DNA from: an uncultured bacterium
GTDB lineage: Bacteria > Hydrogenedentota > Hydrogenedentia > Hydrogenedentales > JAEUWI01
DNA length: 13,425 bases
Direction of reading: 5' to 3'
NCBI GenBank assembly: GCA_963977445.1
Contig: CAXBPH010000195.1
Coordinates: 1 to 13,425, forward strand
A program made the position numbers and the translations under genes. The notes beneath the pieces were generated by a model, which saw only the letters and a program-made list of their open reading frames with translations, was not told the origin of the DNA and ran no database searches. Below, piece after piece: positions 5,754 through 13,425 of this stretch (position 1 is the stretch's first letter; every line of letters begins with the position of its first letter).

Positions 5754-8309
5754 TCAATACCCTTCGGCAGCTTGAGATTTTACGATCATCCAGACTCCGT
5801 CCCGGTTCTCCAGGGAGAGTGAAATCACCATGGAGCCGAATGTGCCCTCCACGTCGACGGTGCCAACCTTGGCTTTCGTGCCGTCTATCGTCGTCGTGCC
5901 GTCATCCACGGTCATCTTCAGGCCATCGAGCATACCACTGGCGAAGGCCTCTGTGAGGAAGGCCCGCAAGTCTGCTTTGCTGCGCCCATCATCGCCGACA
6001 TAATCTTCGGCATAGAAGGTAAGGGTCGATTCCAACTGTAATTCTTCGATGGCCTCCGTCCAGGCTTCCAGACGGGCACTGAGGGAGGACTCGGCGGTAG
6101 CGGCCTGACCATAGTCCAGAACGGTGCGGGATTCGATATGTCCGGCCAGATCTTCCGGCAACCACCAGCTGGGCTTCATCAGGCGCTTGCTGAAGAGCTT
6201 TTCTGCCTGGTCTGAATAGTGGGACGAATCGGGACGATCGCTTTGGCCTATCGGAGGCGCGGTCCAGCTTTGAATGGGCGACGTCAGATGAATAATCTGC
6301 GTAGAGGTCTGGCCCGCTCGGCCCATGCGGAGGTTGTCGTCGTCGACCCCCTTATACTTCACATTACGCAGGGTGACTGTTCCAAATTCACCGTCACCGC
6401 CACCACCCACAGGCCAGGATTTATCATCACGGCCCACGCGGAAGAATTCGCCCCAGGTGACATCGATGCTATCAAAATCTTTCTTCATAGCTGCCATGGC
6501 ATTGGCGAAAGATTGGAGCGCCGCGCCCGCCTCTTCGTCAGAGATTTCTACCTTCTTATAGGCCTCTCCGGTCACGACTTTATAGTATTGGTCGACCCGC
6601 TCCTGGACATCTGTCATAACGTCCTCGCCATGATCGGCTTCCAGCTGCTTCCGCCAGTAGTGGTATTTCAACGCGCCGGTTTCGTAGCGCCGCAGTTCCT
6701 GATTCCACGCGAGTATGTCTTCCATGCCCGCCTGGTAATCTTTGTTGTCGGCGAAGACATCCCCCATGCTCTCATGGGCTTCACGGAGGATATCAATCCA
6801 GTTTTCGACACCATAGGGGCGCACATCAAGACCATAAGCGATAGCCTCTTCGACGGTGACAGAATCGTCTTTCGACAAGAGTTCGACCGCACGGGCACCC
6901 CGGAGATTGGTCCAGCCACCCCGTTCGCCGTAACCCAAATCGCCATAGATATAGGCGGGGTATTTGTCGGGCGTCAAGGGGCTGTTGACCATCATGGCGT
7001 CCGGCGGGATGTTACAACACTGCATATAACCCTGCTCGGGATTCAGAATCTGGACCAGGTCTGACGGATCATGAATGCCGAGCCATTCGGAGGCGGAGGT
7101 CGATCCATCAACGGGGCGGTCCCAATCGTAGCCTTCGGGCCGATGGGGTACACGACCGCTTCGTTGATAGTACGTATTGCCTGCGGTGTCCGCCACCATA
7201 AGATTCTGGGGAAACATGGTGAGGGATTTCAGGGCAGCAATGGCCCCGGTATAATCTTTGGCGAAATTGAGCTGATACCACGCCTCGTTTCCGTTGACGA
7301 TATCCGCATAGGAGGTCTTGAGGGCGTAGGCCTTGCCATCTTCCATGGCCACCACGGGACCATAGTGACTGTCGTAGAGGGTCATTTCCACGGGGTCGCT
7401 ATCCGCCACGGCAATCGAAATTTCCCGGGTGCTGATATCGCGCCAGCCGTCATCGTATTTATACTGGAGGGGATTGTCCGGGTTCAGCGTGAGTTCATAG
7501 ACGTCCGCCGTGTCGGGGGCTCCCGTCGTCATTGCCCAGGCCAGATTGGCGTTGTGGCCGAGACCGATGTAGGGCGTTCCTGCGAGATTAAATCCACTGC
7601 CCACCAGATCGCCGGCATGAATACGGCATTCCCAGAATCGGGACGGACCATACCAGGCCAGGTGGGGGTCCACATAGAGAATGGGTTTTCCACTTGCACT
7701 ACGCTCGGGCCCAACGGCAAATTGATTCGACGCCCGACGGGTCTTTTTGATTCCGGGCTCTATCCCCCCACGAAGCAAATCGCCAAAGCCATCATCGATG
7801 GACCAGGAATAGAGGAACATGCGACCGAAGGCGATGACCATGGGCACATCCACCTGCTTGCTGCCCCACCAGGAGGGCACATCTTCGGGATGGGCCGCGT
7901 AAAAGGCGTTGACACCATCCACATAGGCTTGAATATGGGCCAAGAGCTCGGGACGCAGCGTCACAACCCCGCGCTGGGAAATGCCGTAGTGCTCCCACAT
8001 GTGGGAGACCATATCGGCTTTAACCGCGCCGGGACCATCAAAAACCGCGCTCTCACCCATGGCTCGGGCTAGATTCTTCAGCAATTCCTCGGGCCGGTCA
8101 TCCGCCTGGGTCCACCCCATGGCAAAGAGCCCGGCCTCGGCGGTGGGTGCATAAATATGGGGAATACCCCAGGTGTCGCGATAAACCACCGTCTTTCCGG
8201 CATCCTCGCCGGTACCCGGCAGGGCCTCGGCGGCAGGGGCCGAATTAGATACAGCGATGGTTGCCACCATCACGAGAACATAGAGGGGACCGAATTTCTT
8301 CCTAAACAT
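5754..8309 (-). CDS. Penicillin acylase family Ntn hydrolase (peptidase S45; cephalosporin/AHL acylase-like), secreted, with C-terminal NTF2/SnoaL-like extension
   Basis: Motifs YRDTWGIPHIYA, beta-subunit start S-NQFAVGPERSASGKPILYVDPHL (nucleophile Ser codon at 7730-7728), GHNANLAWAMT, SHYGPVV, NLMVADTAGN and NPEQGYMQCCN. Start moved from 8504 to ATG 8309 (MFRKKF + signal peptide ending APA-A) because GGGAGA lies 8 nt upstream and a promoter falls inside the longer ORF. 851 aa. Confidence 0.93.
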   Translation of the reverse strand: MFRKKFGPLYVLVMVATIAVSNSAPAAEALPGTGEDAGKTVVYRDTWGIPHIYAPTAEAGLFAMGWTQADDRPEELLKNLARAMGESAVFDGPGAVKADMVSHMWEHYGISQRGVVTLRPELLAHIQAYVDGVNAFYAAHPEDVPSWWGSKQVDVPMVIAFGRMFLYSWSIDDGFGDLLRGGIEPGIKKTRRASNQFAVGPERSASGKPILYVDPHLAWYGPSRFWECRIHAGDLVGSGFNLAGTPYIGLGHNANLAWAMTTGAPDTADVYELTLNPDNPLQYKYDDGWRDISTREISIAVADSDPVEMTLYDSHYGPVVAMEDGKAYALKTSYADIVNGNEAWYQLNFAKDYTGAIAALKSLTMFPQNLMVADTAGNTYYQRSGRVPHRPEGYDWDRPVDGSTSASEWLGIHDPSDLVQILNPEQGYMQCCNIPPDAMMVNSPLTPDKYPAYIYGDLGYGERGGWTNLRGARAVELLSKDDSVTVEEAIAYGLDVRPYGVENWIDILREAHESMGDVFADNKDYQAGMEDILAWNQELRRYETGALKYHYWRKQLEADHGEDVMTDVQERVDQYYKVVTGEAYKKVEISDEEAGAALQSFANAMAAMKKDFDSIDVTWGEFFRVGRDDKSWPVGGGGDGEFGTVTLRNVKYKGVDDDNLRMGRAGQTSTQIIHLTSPIQSWTAPPIGQSDRPDSSHYSDQAEKLFSKRLMKPSWWLPEDLAGHIESRTVLDYGQAATAESSLSARLEAWTEAIEELQLESTLTFYAEDYVGDDGRSKADLRAFLTEAFASGMLDGLKMTVDDGTTTIDGTKAKVGTVDVEGTFGSMVISLSLENRDGVWMIVKSQAAEGY

Positions 8310-8397
8310 GCACATTTTCTCCCGACCGGGGCGTGAAGCCCATTGTGGTGATATTCCCTGCATTGGCGCGTGCCGATTGCCCGTGCACCCTATTGAA

Positions 8398-8426
8398 AGT
8401 CTATTTCGTGAAGACGCTGTTGTCAA
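8398..8426 (-). promoter_or_regulatory. sigma70 promoter TTGACA-N17-TAGACT for the acylase gene
   Basis: Consensus -35 TTGACA at 8426-8421, exact 17-nt spacer, -10 TAGACT at 8403-8398. Confidence 0.75.
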
Positions 8427-8601
8427 CAAACGGATGCAGATACAACAGCGACATTTCTGATTAGACGCGGCTACTGCACGATTGGTGTCAACACGCCTTC
8501 CCACACTACCTCGTCCGCGCTGAAATGGCCCTCATTGTGTCTGCACGGATTGTGAAGCGGTTCGTGTAGGGTGAACACGGCATTCATGGGTTTAAACTTG
8601 C

Positions 8602-8777
8602 ACCAACGCAGGTCAGGGCATCTTGCCTGACCCGAGGCAAACCCTACGATATGAAGTAACACACGGGCACCTCGCAGCGCCGTAGTATCCAAAGGTGGAA
8701 GCCGCTTACCTAACATCCCGTGCCCGACAAAACTTAACATCACGACGGGTCAGGCAGGATGCCTAACCTACGTTGGT
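8602..8777. repeat. REPIN-like element: inverted pair of GTAG-class REP palindromes
   Basis: 8602-8634 ACCAACGCAGGTCAGGGCATCTTGCCTGACCCG is the near reverse complement of 8746-8777 CGGGTCAGGCAGGATGCCTAACCTACGTTGGT. Each arm is itself a hairpin (GGTYAGGCA..TGCCTGACC) beginning with GTAG/GCAG. Confidence 0.75.
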
Positions 8778-8911
8778 CGCCGTCACTGAATCCAGGTGAA
8801 CAGCGCTAAAATCAAGGCAATGACATCTATTTCCATGTGGTTCCCCGTTAGTTAGTGAACGAAGCTTTGCTCGGACCCCACCGTAAAAACTCAGTTGCCG
8901 TTTGTTTTTGT

Positions 8912-8940
8912 TTGAATTCCTATCAATCTACCCATAGACT
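8912..8940 (+). promoter_or_regulatory. Putative sigma70 promoter TTGAAT-N17-TAGACT for the M61 peptidase gene
   Basis: -35 at 8912-8917, 17-nt spacer, -10 at 8935-8940. T-rich UP-like tract upstream; SD AAGGAG at 8962-8967. Confidence 0.6.
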
Positions 8941-8976
8941 GGGACAAAACCATGGCCTTTTAAGGAGATGACAATC

Positions 8977-10869
8977 GTGTATTCCCGCTATGCAGTTCAA
9001 TCTGTATTTACTACGCTGCTGCTCACCCTATTCCTATCGCTCGGGGCCTATTCCCAGACACTGAACGTGACGCTTGATGCCCGTAATCTCCCCCGCCGTT
9101 TGCTCCACAGCACCATCGAAATGCCCGTGAAACCCGGCCCTTTTACCTTCTGGTATCCCGAATGGATCCCGGGGATTCATGCGCCTCGGGGGCCGATTCA
9201 GAATATGGCCGGTCTCACCGTGGAAACGGCCGATGGCGTGTCCATCCCCTGGACCCGTGATCCCCTCCAACGCTATCGCTTTGATTGTGTCGTTCCGGAG
9301 GGCACGACAACGTTGCGTATTTCTCTGGACTACATCACCAACCAGCCGTCCACCAATTCCAAGGGCGTGGACAGCTATGGCAACAGCCTCCTGGGTATGG
9401 TGAATTGGAATACGGTGCTCGTCTATCCCGATGGTTCGGCGAGCTCCGACTTGCGGGTAACCGCCACGCTCACAGTTCCGGAAGATTGGAAGGCAGCGAC
9501 GTCACTTCCCTTGACCAGCTCCGAGTCGGGCGTCTACCAATATGGAGACGTCTCGTTCACGGAAATTATGGACAGCCCGGTGCTGCTGGGCGCCTATCTC
9601 CGCTCCATTCCGCTTGATACGGGTGATGGCGCACCGGTCTCCCTCCATCTTGGCTCGGAAGCGGAGCAAGCCCTCCAGATAAAAGACGAATTGATTGATA
9701 AGTACAGCAAGATGGTCCAGGAGGCCTACATCCTGTTTGGCAACACTCACTATGAACGCTATGACTTTCTGGTGACGTGCAGCAATGACCTCCCCTACTC
9801 GGGACTGGAGCATCTGCGGTCCAGCTATAACGGTGTGGGTGAGCGGGACTTGATGAAGGAAGAAAAACTCAAGAGCTGGGTCGGCTACCTCCTTCCCCAT
9901 GAATATGTTCATTCCTGGTGCGGTAAGTACCGTCGTCCCGAGGGCATGGTGCGCTCCAATTTTCACACGGCGAAAGACACCCGCCTGCTGTGGGTCTATG
10001 AGGGGCTGACTCAGTATCTCGGCCATGTGCTCACGGTGCGCAGTGGCATCTGGGATCTTGAGCACTATCGGGAGGTTCTCGCAGGCAATCTGGGTAGTTA
10101 TATGCGCCAGGAAGGCCGCAAATGGCGCCCCCTGGAGGACACGGCAGGCGATTCCTATCACCTTCGTGGAGGCAGCCCCTCCTGGAGCAAATTGCGCCGT
10201 GGCCAAGACTACTACAACGAGGGCTTACTCTTCTGGCTGGATGTGGACACCCTGATTCGTGAGAAGACGGAGAACAAGAAAAGTCTGGACGATTTTGTAG
10301 CCGCGTTCCTGGGGAAATCCGGGGATGACAGCGAAATGCTGGGCTACGATGAATCGGAGATACTTGCCGTGCTAAATGAGGTGGTCCCCTACGATTGGTC
10401 AGACCTCATTACCCATTGGATAAAATCGACACAAGAGTCCCTGCCCCTCGATGTGGTTGGTCGCCTCGGGTACCGTCTGGAATATACCAGCGAACCGGGC
10501 GATTATGAACGTGACCGGGAAAAAGAAGGCAACTATGCCTCGGCCTATCACTCCCTCGGCATGTCAATCAGCGATTCGGGTGCCGTCCACGGGACACTTG
10601 TTCCCGGCATGGCCGCTGATTCAGCAGGCTTGGCCCCTGGCATGAAAGTCATCGGCGTGAATGGCAAGAAGTTCACCCTTGACCGCTTTCGGGATGGCGT
10701 GAAAGACACCACGACCCGCAACAACATTGAGTTGTTGACGCTGGATGGCGATGTGTTTAAGACCTTTGTGATCGACTATGCCGATGGCGCGCGCTATCTC
10801 CATCTGGTGCGGGATGATGCGCACCCGGATCGCCTGGAGATCATTTTAAAGGCACGTGTGAAACCCTGA
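8977..10869 (+). CDS. M61 family (glycyl aminopeptidase-like) zinc metallopeptidase with C-terminal PDZ domain, secreted
   Basis: Signal peptide, P-WIPG-H, DSP, GLEH-SS, HEYVHSW (HExxH), LLWVYEGLTQY, DYYNEG, and PDZ-like AADSAGLAPGMKVIGVNG. The ORF-track ATG at 8968 abuts the SD directly, so the in-frame GTG at 8977 (9 nt from the SD) is the more plausible start. Confidence 0.95.
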   Translation: MYSRYAVQSVFTTLLLTLFLSLGAYSQTLNVTLDARNLPRRLLHSTIEMPVKPGPFTFWYPEWIPGIHAPRGPIQNMAGLTVETADGVSIPWTRDPLQRYRFDCVVPEGTTTLRISLDYITNQPSTNSKGVDSYGNSLLGMVNWNTVLVYPDGSASSDLRVTATLTVPEDWKAATSLPLTSSESGVYQYGDVSFTEIMDSPVLLGAYLRSIPLDTGDGAPVSLHLGSEAEQALQIKDELIDKYSKMVQEAYILFGNTHYERYDFLVTCSNDLPYSGLEHLRSSYNGVGERDLMKEEKLKSWVGYLLPHEYVHSWCGKYRRPEGMVRSNFHTAKDTRLLWVYEGLTQYLGHVLTVRSGIWDLEHYREVLAGNLGSYMRQEGRKWRPLEDTAGDSYHLRGGSPSWSKLRRGQDYYNEGLLFWLDVDTLIREKTENKKSLDDFVAAFLGKSGDDSEMLGYDESEILAVLNEVVPYDWSDLITHWIKSTQESLPLDVVGRLGYRLEYTSEPGDYERDREKEGNYASAYHSLGMSISDSGAVHGTLVPGMAADSAGLAPGMKVIGVNGKKFTLDRFRDGVKDTTTRNNIELLTLDGDVFKTFVIDYADGARYLHLVRDDAHPDRLEIILKARVKP

Positions 10870-10876
10870 TTCGATT

Positions 10877-11488
10877 TCAGGAATCGCCGCCTGCACGGGT
10901 ACCACGGAGTCCATCCTGAAGCTTCTTACGGGTATTGTCCAACTCTTTTTGCAAGGTGTCGTTATCCATCCGCAGAAAGGTAACCTGCCGCTCTGCTTTT
11001 TGCAGGGCTTCCTGCGTCGACACCAGCTCCCCGCTGGTCTGGTGCAGACGGCCCAATAGTACTTTGGTCAAGGCCCGCTGGACGAGCTGTGAAAAGAGAC
11101 TGTGCTCTTCCAGTGCCAGGCGGCTCGTAAAACGAGGATTCATGGCCAGACAGGTGACACTGTCGAGGGCGTTGACTGTCGCAGACCGTAATTCTCCCGT
11201 GAGCGCACCGAATTCACCAAAGATTTCGCCTGGATCCGTCATGGTGCAGATTTCCTGCTCATTGATAGAAACGGTCACCGAACCGGAGGCGAGGACATAC
11301 ATACGATCACTCTCATCCCCTTCGGTGATGATGGTGACCCCGGCAGCATAAGACAACACCTCGCTGGTGGTAAGCATATCACGCAATTCCGGACTATAAG
11401 GCCCACTCTTCCCGAGGTACTGCAACATGGGCGATTGGGAAAGGGCCTCAACCAGACTTTCACGGATATTGGGATTGGGGTGATTCAC
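10877..11488 (-). CDS. Cyclic nucleotide-binding domain protein with C-terminal coiled coil
   Basis: 203 aa, GTG start with AAGGA upstream. IITEGDESDRMYVLASGSV and phosphate-binding cassette FGEFGALTGELRSATV. Heptad-like tail LHQTSGELVSTQEALQKAERQVTFLRMDNDTLQKELDNTRKKL. No CRP-type HTH. Confidence 0.88.
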   Translation of the reverse strand: MNHPNPNIRESLVEALSQSPMLQYLGKSGPYSPELRDMLTTSEVLSYAAGVTIITEGDESDRMYVLASGSVTVSINEQEICTMTDPGEIFGEFGALTGELRSATVNALDSVTCLAMNPRFTSRLALEEHSLFSQLVQRALTKVLLGRLHQTSGELVSTQEALQKAERQVTFLRMDNDTLQKELDNTRKKLQDGLRGTRAGGDS

Positions 11489-11558
11489 AAAGGTGGTTCC
11501 TTACGGCTACTACGACATCATGCCACGGGCGCGACGAATTCACAAGGTTGAACACCCC

Positions 11559-11597
11559 AAATAGAACGCCCCACCGGGCAAGGACCGCGGCGGGGCG
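11559..11597 (-). terminator. Intrinsic terminator after flagellin
   Basis: Minus strand CGCCCCGCCG...CGGTGGGGCG (10-bp stem with one G-U pair) followed by TTCTATTT, about 22 nt after the flagellin stop. Confidence 0.65.
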
Positions 11598-11619
11598 AAA
11601 GCGTCATATTTAAATGAAT

Positions 11620-12426
11620 TTAACTGCCGAGCAAACTCAACGCAGATTGCGATGTCACGTTGCTCTGCACGAGGGTAGATATGCTGCCCTGCAAGAGTAA
11701 TTCGTTTCGTGAACGCTCGATACTGGCCCTGGCCAAATCGAGGTCGCGAATATTGGATTCCGCTGCCTGCGCATTCAGAACGGAAGTTTCGCGCTGACTA
11801 ATGGCGCTTTCGAAGCGATTCTGTTGGGCACCAATTCTAGAGCGATTCTGGCTTACCTGGCCAAGGGCGGTATCAGAAGAATTCAGCGCCGCAGCAGCAC
11901 CTTCTACCGTGCTGATGTCCACCGTGTCCAGACCGAGGGCGGCGCTGTTGGACTGGGTAATGTTAATTTGATTGCCCGACTGGGTCCCCAAGTCAATATT
12001 GGTATCATTATTCAGAAGGTTTTGACCATTGAACTGGGTGTCTGTGGCGACACTGTCGATTTGTGCGCGCAACTGCTGCACTTCTTCGTTCAACGCGGCA
12101 CGATTTTCGTCACTCAGGGTACCATTCTGGGCCTGAATCGAAAGTTCACGAATGCGCTGAATCGCGCCCTGCTGAACAACCAAGCCACCTTCAGCCGTCT
12201 GGGCCACGTTAATGCCCGATTGAAGACTGTTGAGCTCTACCTGTCCTTGACGAACCTGGGTGTTAAAACGCTCGGCAATGGCAAGACCTGCCGCATCATC
12301 GGCGGCACGATTGATCCGCCGCTGCGATGCGAGCTTTTCGAGCACATTGGAAAGTGCGCCATTCGCGCGATTGGCCTGACGTCCTGCTTGTAACGCCGGG
12401 ATATTTGAATTGATACTAAGTCCCAT
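11620..12426 (-). CDS. fliC: Flagellin (minimal D0/D1-only, 268 aa)
   Basis: MGLSINSNIPAL, RINRAADDAAGLAIAE, QTAEGGL, QRIRELSIQAQNGTLS, TQFNGQNLL, RSRIGAQQNRFE, AAESNIRDLD and C-terminal ALSLLG. Start moved to ATG 12426 because SD GGAGGT lies at 12440-12435. Confidence 0.92.
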   Translation of the reverse strand: MGLSINSNIPALQAGRQANRANGALSNVLEKLASQRRINRAADDAAGLAIAERFNTQVRQGQVELNSLQSGINVAQTAEGGLVVQQGAIQRIRELSIQAQNGTLSDENRAALNEEVQQLRAQIDSVATDTQFNGQNLLNNDTNIDLGTQSGNQINITQSNSAALGLDTVDISTVEGAAAALNSSDTALGQVSQNRSRIGAQQNRFESAISQRETSVLNAQAAESNIRDLDLARASIERSRNELLLQGSISTLVQSNVTSQSALSLLGS

Positions 12427-12484
12427 ATATGCGTACCTCCAACGGCTAACACCACCTCGAACCCAAACCCGCCCGTTCAAGGAA

Positions 12485-12495
12485 ACTATACCACA
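12485..12495 (-). promoter_or_regulatory. Extended -10 element TGTGGTATAGT upstream of flagellin
   Basis: TRTG-n-TATAGT about 58 nt upstream of the flagellin ATG. No sigma28-type GCCGATAA seen in the 12427-12600 gap. Confidence 0.55.
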
Positions 12496-12600
12496 CTCTG
12501 CAGGTGCTGCCTAGGAACCGCACCAAAATCGCACAGTCTCAGAGTATCAATTTCCATTAAAACTATAAATTCGCGCGATGTAGCCCCGAATTCGTCGCCA

Positions 12601-13425
12601 CTACATGTGAATCAATACCTTCATGACATCCGGTTCTGCCGCACGTTTCAGGGCATCTTCGGCGTCATTCAGGGAAAAGGTGTCGGTTATCAGGGGACGA
12701 ACGCCTACGTTTCCGACACTCAGAGCCTCCAGCGCGGGACGAAACGGGCCGCACCGGGAGCCAAGGATTGTGACCTCATTAATGACGGGCTGGCTGAAGT
12801 CCAACGCGGTTGGGTGGGCCACCGTAGTCTTCAGGATGACCGTTCCTTCCGGGCGTACCAGCTCCAAGGCCCGGCCAAAGCCCAAATGGGAGCCGGTAGC
12901 CTCCACCACAATATCGGCACCGCGCATAACCGGTTCGTCTGCCAGGGCGGTTTTGATACCCAGGTCGCTGAGGAGTTTTAATTTCCAGGGGTGCTTTCCA
13001 ATACAGACCATATTCTTGGTGTACAGCCACAGCACCTGGGCGCAGAGCTGTCCCAGTTTTCCATCGCCCAACACCACGACACGATCGCCGTCGTTCACTT
13101 TAATTTGCTCGGTAATGCGGAAGGCCGCCGCCGTCGGCTCGGTAAAGACCGCCACATCATCCATGGCGGAACTCGGTGCGAGATGGAGGTTTTCTTCGGG
13201 CAGGGTCAGGTAATCCGCGAAGGCACCATTGCGCTTGACGATACCGAGGACGGAACGGTCCAGGCAATGATGGGGCATTTCCATGCGGCAATAGTGGCAG
13301 GTGTGGCAGACGCAGTTGATCTCCCCCACCACCCGCTTGCCGATGAGATGGGGATTTCCGGCGTGCTCCACCATGCCCACAAATTCGTGGCCCAAAGTAC
13401 CATTGAAATTCATATAACCCCGGGC
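12601..13425 (-). CDS. Zinc-dependent alcohol dehydrogenase (MDR superfamily), 5' end truncated by window edge
   Basis: The frame stays open to the edge (ARGYMNFNGTLGHEFVG). Contains the GHE motif, structural Zn cluster C-x2-C-x2-C-x7-C (CHTCHYC...HHC), EP, GDGKLG and GSRCGPF. Confidence 0.95.
   Translation of the reverse strand, partial: ARGYMNFNGTLGHEFVGMVEHAGNPHLIGKRVVGEINCVCHTCHYCRMEMPHHCLDRSVLGIVKRNGAFADYLTLPEENLHLAPSSAMDDVAVFTEPTAAAFRITEQIKVNDGDRVVVLGDGKLGQLCAQVLWLYTKNMVCIGKHPWKLKLLSDLGIKTALADEPVMRGADIVVEATGSHLGFGRALELVRPEGTVILKTTVAHPTALDFSQPVINEVTILGSRCGPFRPALEALSVGNVGVRPLITDTFSLNDAEDALKRAAEPDVMKVLIHM

Noticed and set aside
5207..5822. Several 67-133 aa ORFs on both strands across the Gfo-acylase gap
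   Set aside because: They overlap each other, run through hairpins and neighbouring genes, and show no recognisable motifs.
6219..8072. 281-aa and 333-aa plus-strand ORFs
   Set aside because: Antisense shadows of the acylase gene, with no domain signal.
8310..8504. 65-aa N-terminal extension of the acylase given by the ORF track
   Set aside because: It is Cys/Arg-rich and non-protein-like, contains the TTGACA-N17-TAGACT promoter, and precedes the real signal peptide and SD.
8471..8743. 90-aa minus-strand ORF in the divergent intergenic region
   Set aside because: It overlaps the REPIN-like element, and I see no convincing SD or protein features.
11480..11550. ATTCACAA(A)GGT occurring twice near the cNMP gene start, considered as CRP half-sites
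   Set aside because: There is no TGTGA-N6-TCACA pairing, one copy overlaps the start codon, and the neighbouring protein lacks an HTH.
12427..12480. 18-aa N-terminal extension of flagellin
   Set aside because: It contains the SD GGAGGT. Flagellin homology begins at MGLSINSN (12426).
1..13425. CRISPR array, tRNA/rRNA, riboswitch, prophage or defence-system genes
   Set aside because: No regularly spaced direct repeats, cloverleaf or known riboswitch consensus, and no integrase, nuclease or RT motifs were seen by eye. An Rfam/DefenseFinder scan would be needed to exclude them formally.

Overview
Ordinary-looking bacterial chromosomal window, moderately GC-rich, with no integrase, transposase, CRISPR array or RNA gene that I can recognise. 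Eleven genes are supported, all but one on the minus strand. In coordinate order: dusB-type tRNA-dihydrouridine synthase (runs off the left edge, missed by the ORF track), DinB-family protein, secreted uncharacterised glycoside-hydrolase-like protein, small membrane protein, SDR plus Gfo/Idh/MocA oxidoreductase pair, secreted penicillin-acylase-family Ntn hydrolase with an extra NTF2/SnoaL-like C-terminal domain, divergently transcribed M61 aminopeptidase with PDZ domain (+), cNMP-binding/coiled-coil protein, minimal orphan flagellin, and a Zn-dependent MDR dehydrogenase (runs off the right edge). The most notable non-coding signals are: a perfect CTCCTGACA-N5-TGTCAGGAG palindrome next to the -10 box of the dinB-family gene, resembling a WYL-domain activator (SOS-independent DNA-damage) site; a ~176-bp REPIN-like doublet plus other REP-like palindromes around the acylase gene; several clean sigma70 promoters; and a flagellin with a sigma70-like rather than sigma28 promoter. 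I found no convincing complete novel system. The best leads are the WYL-type operator, the orphan flagellin with its cNMP neighbour, and the PtmA/PtmF-like oxidoreductase pair. All family calls come from motif recognition by eye, not database searches.
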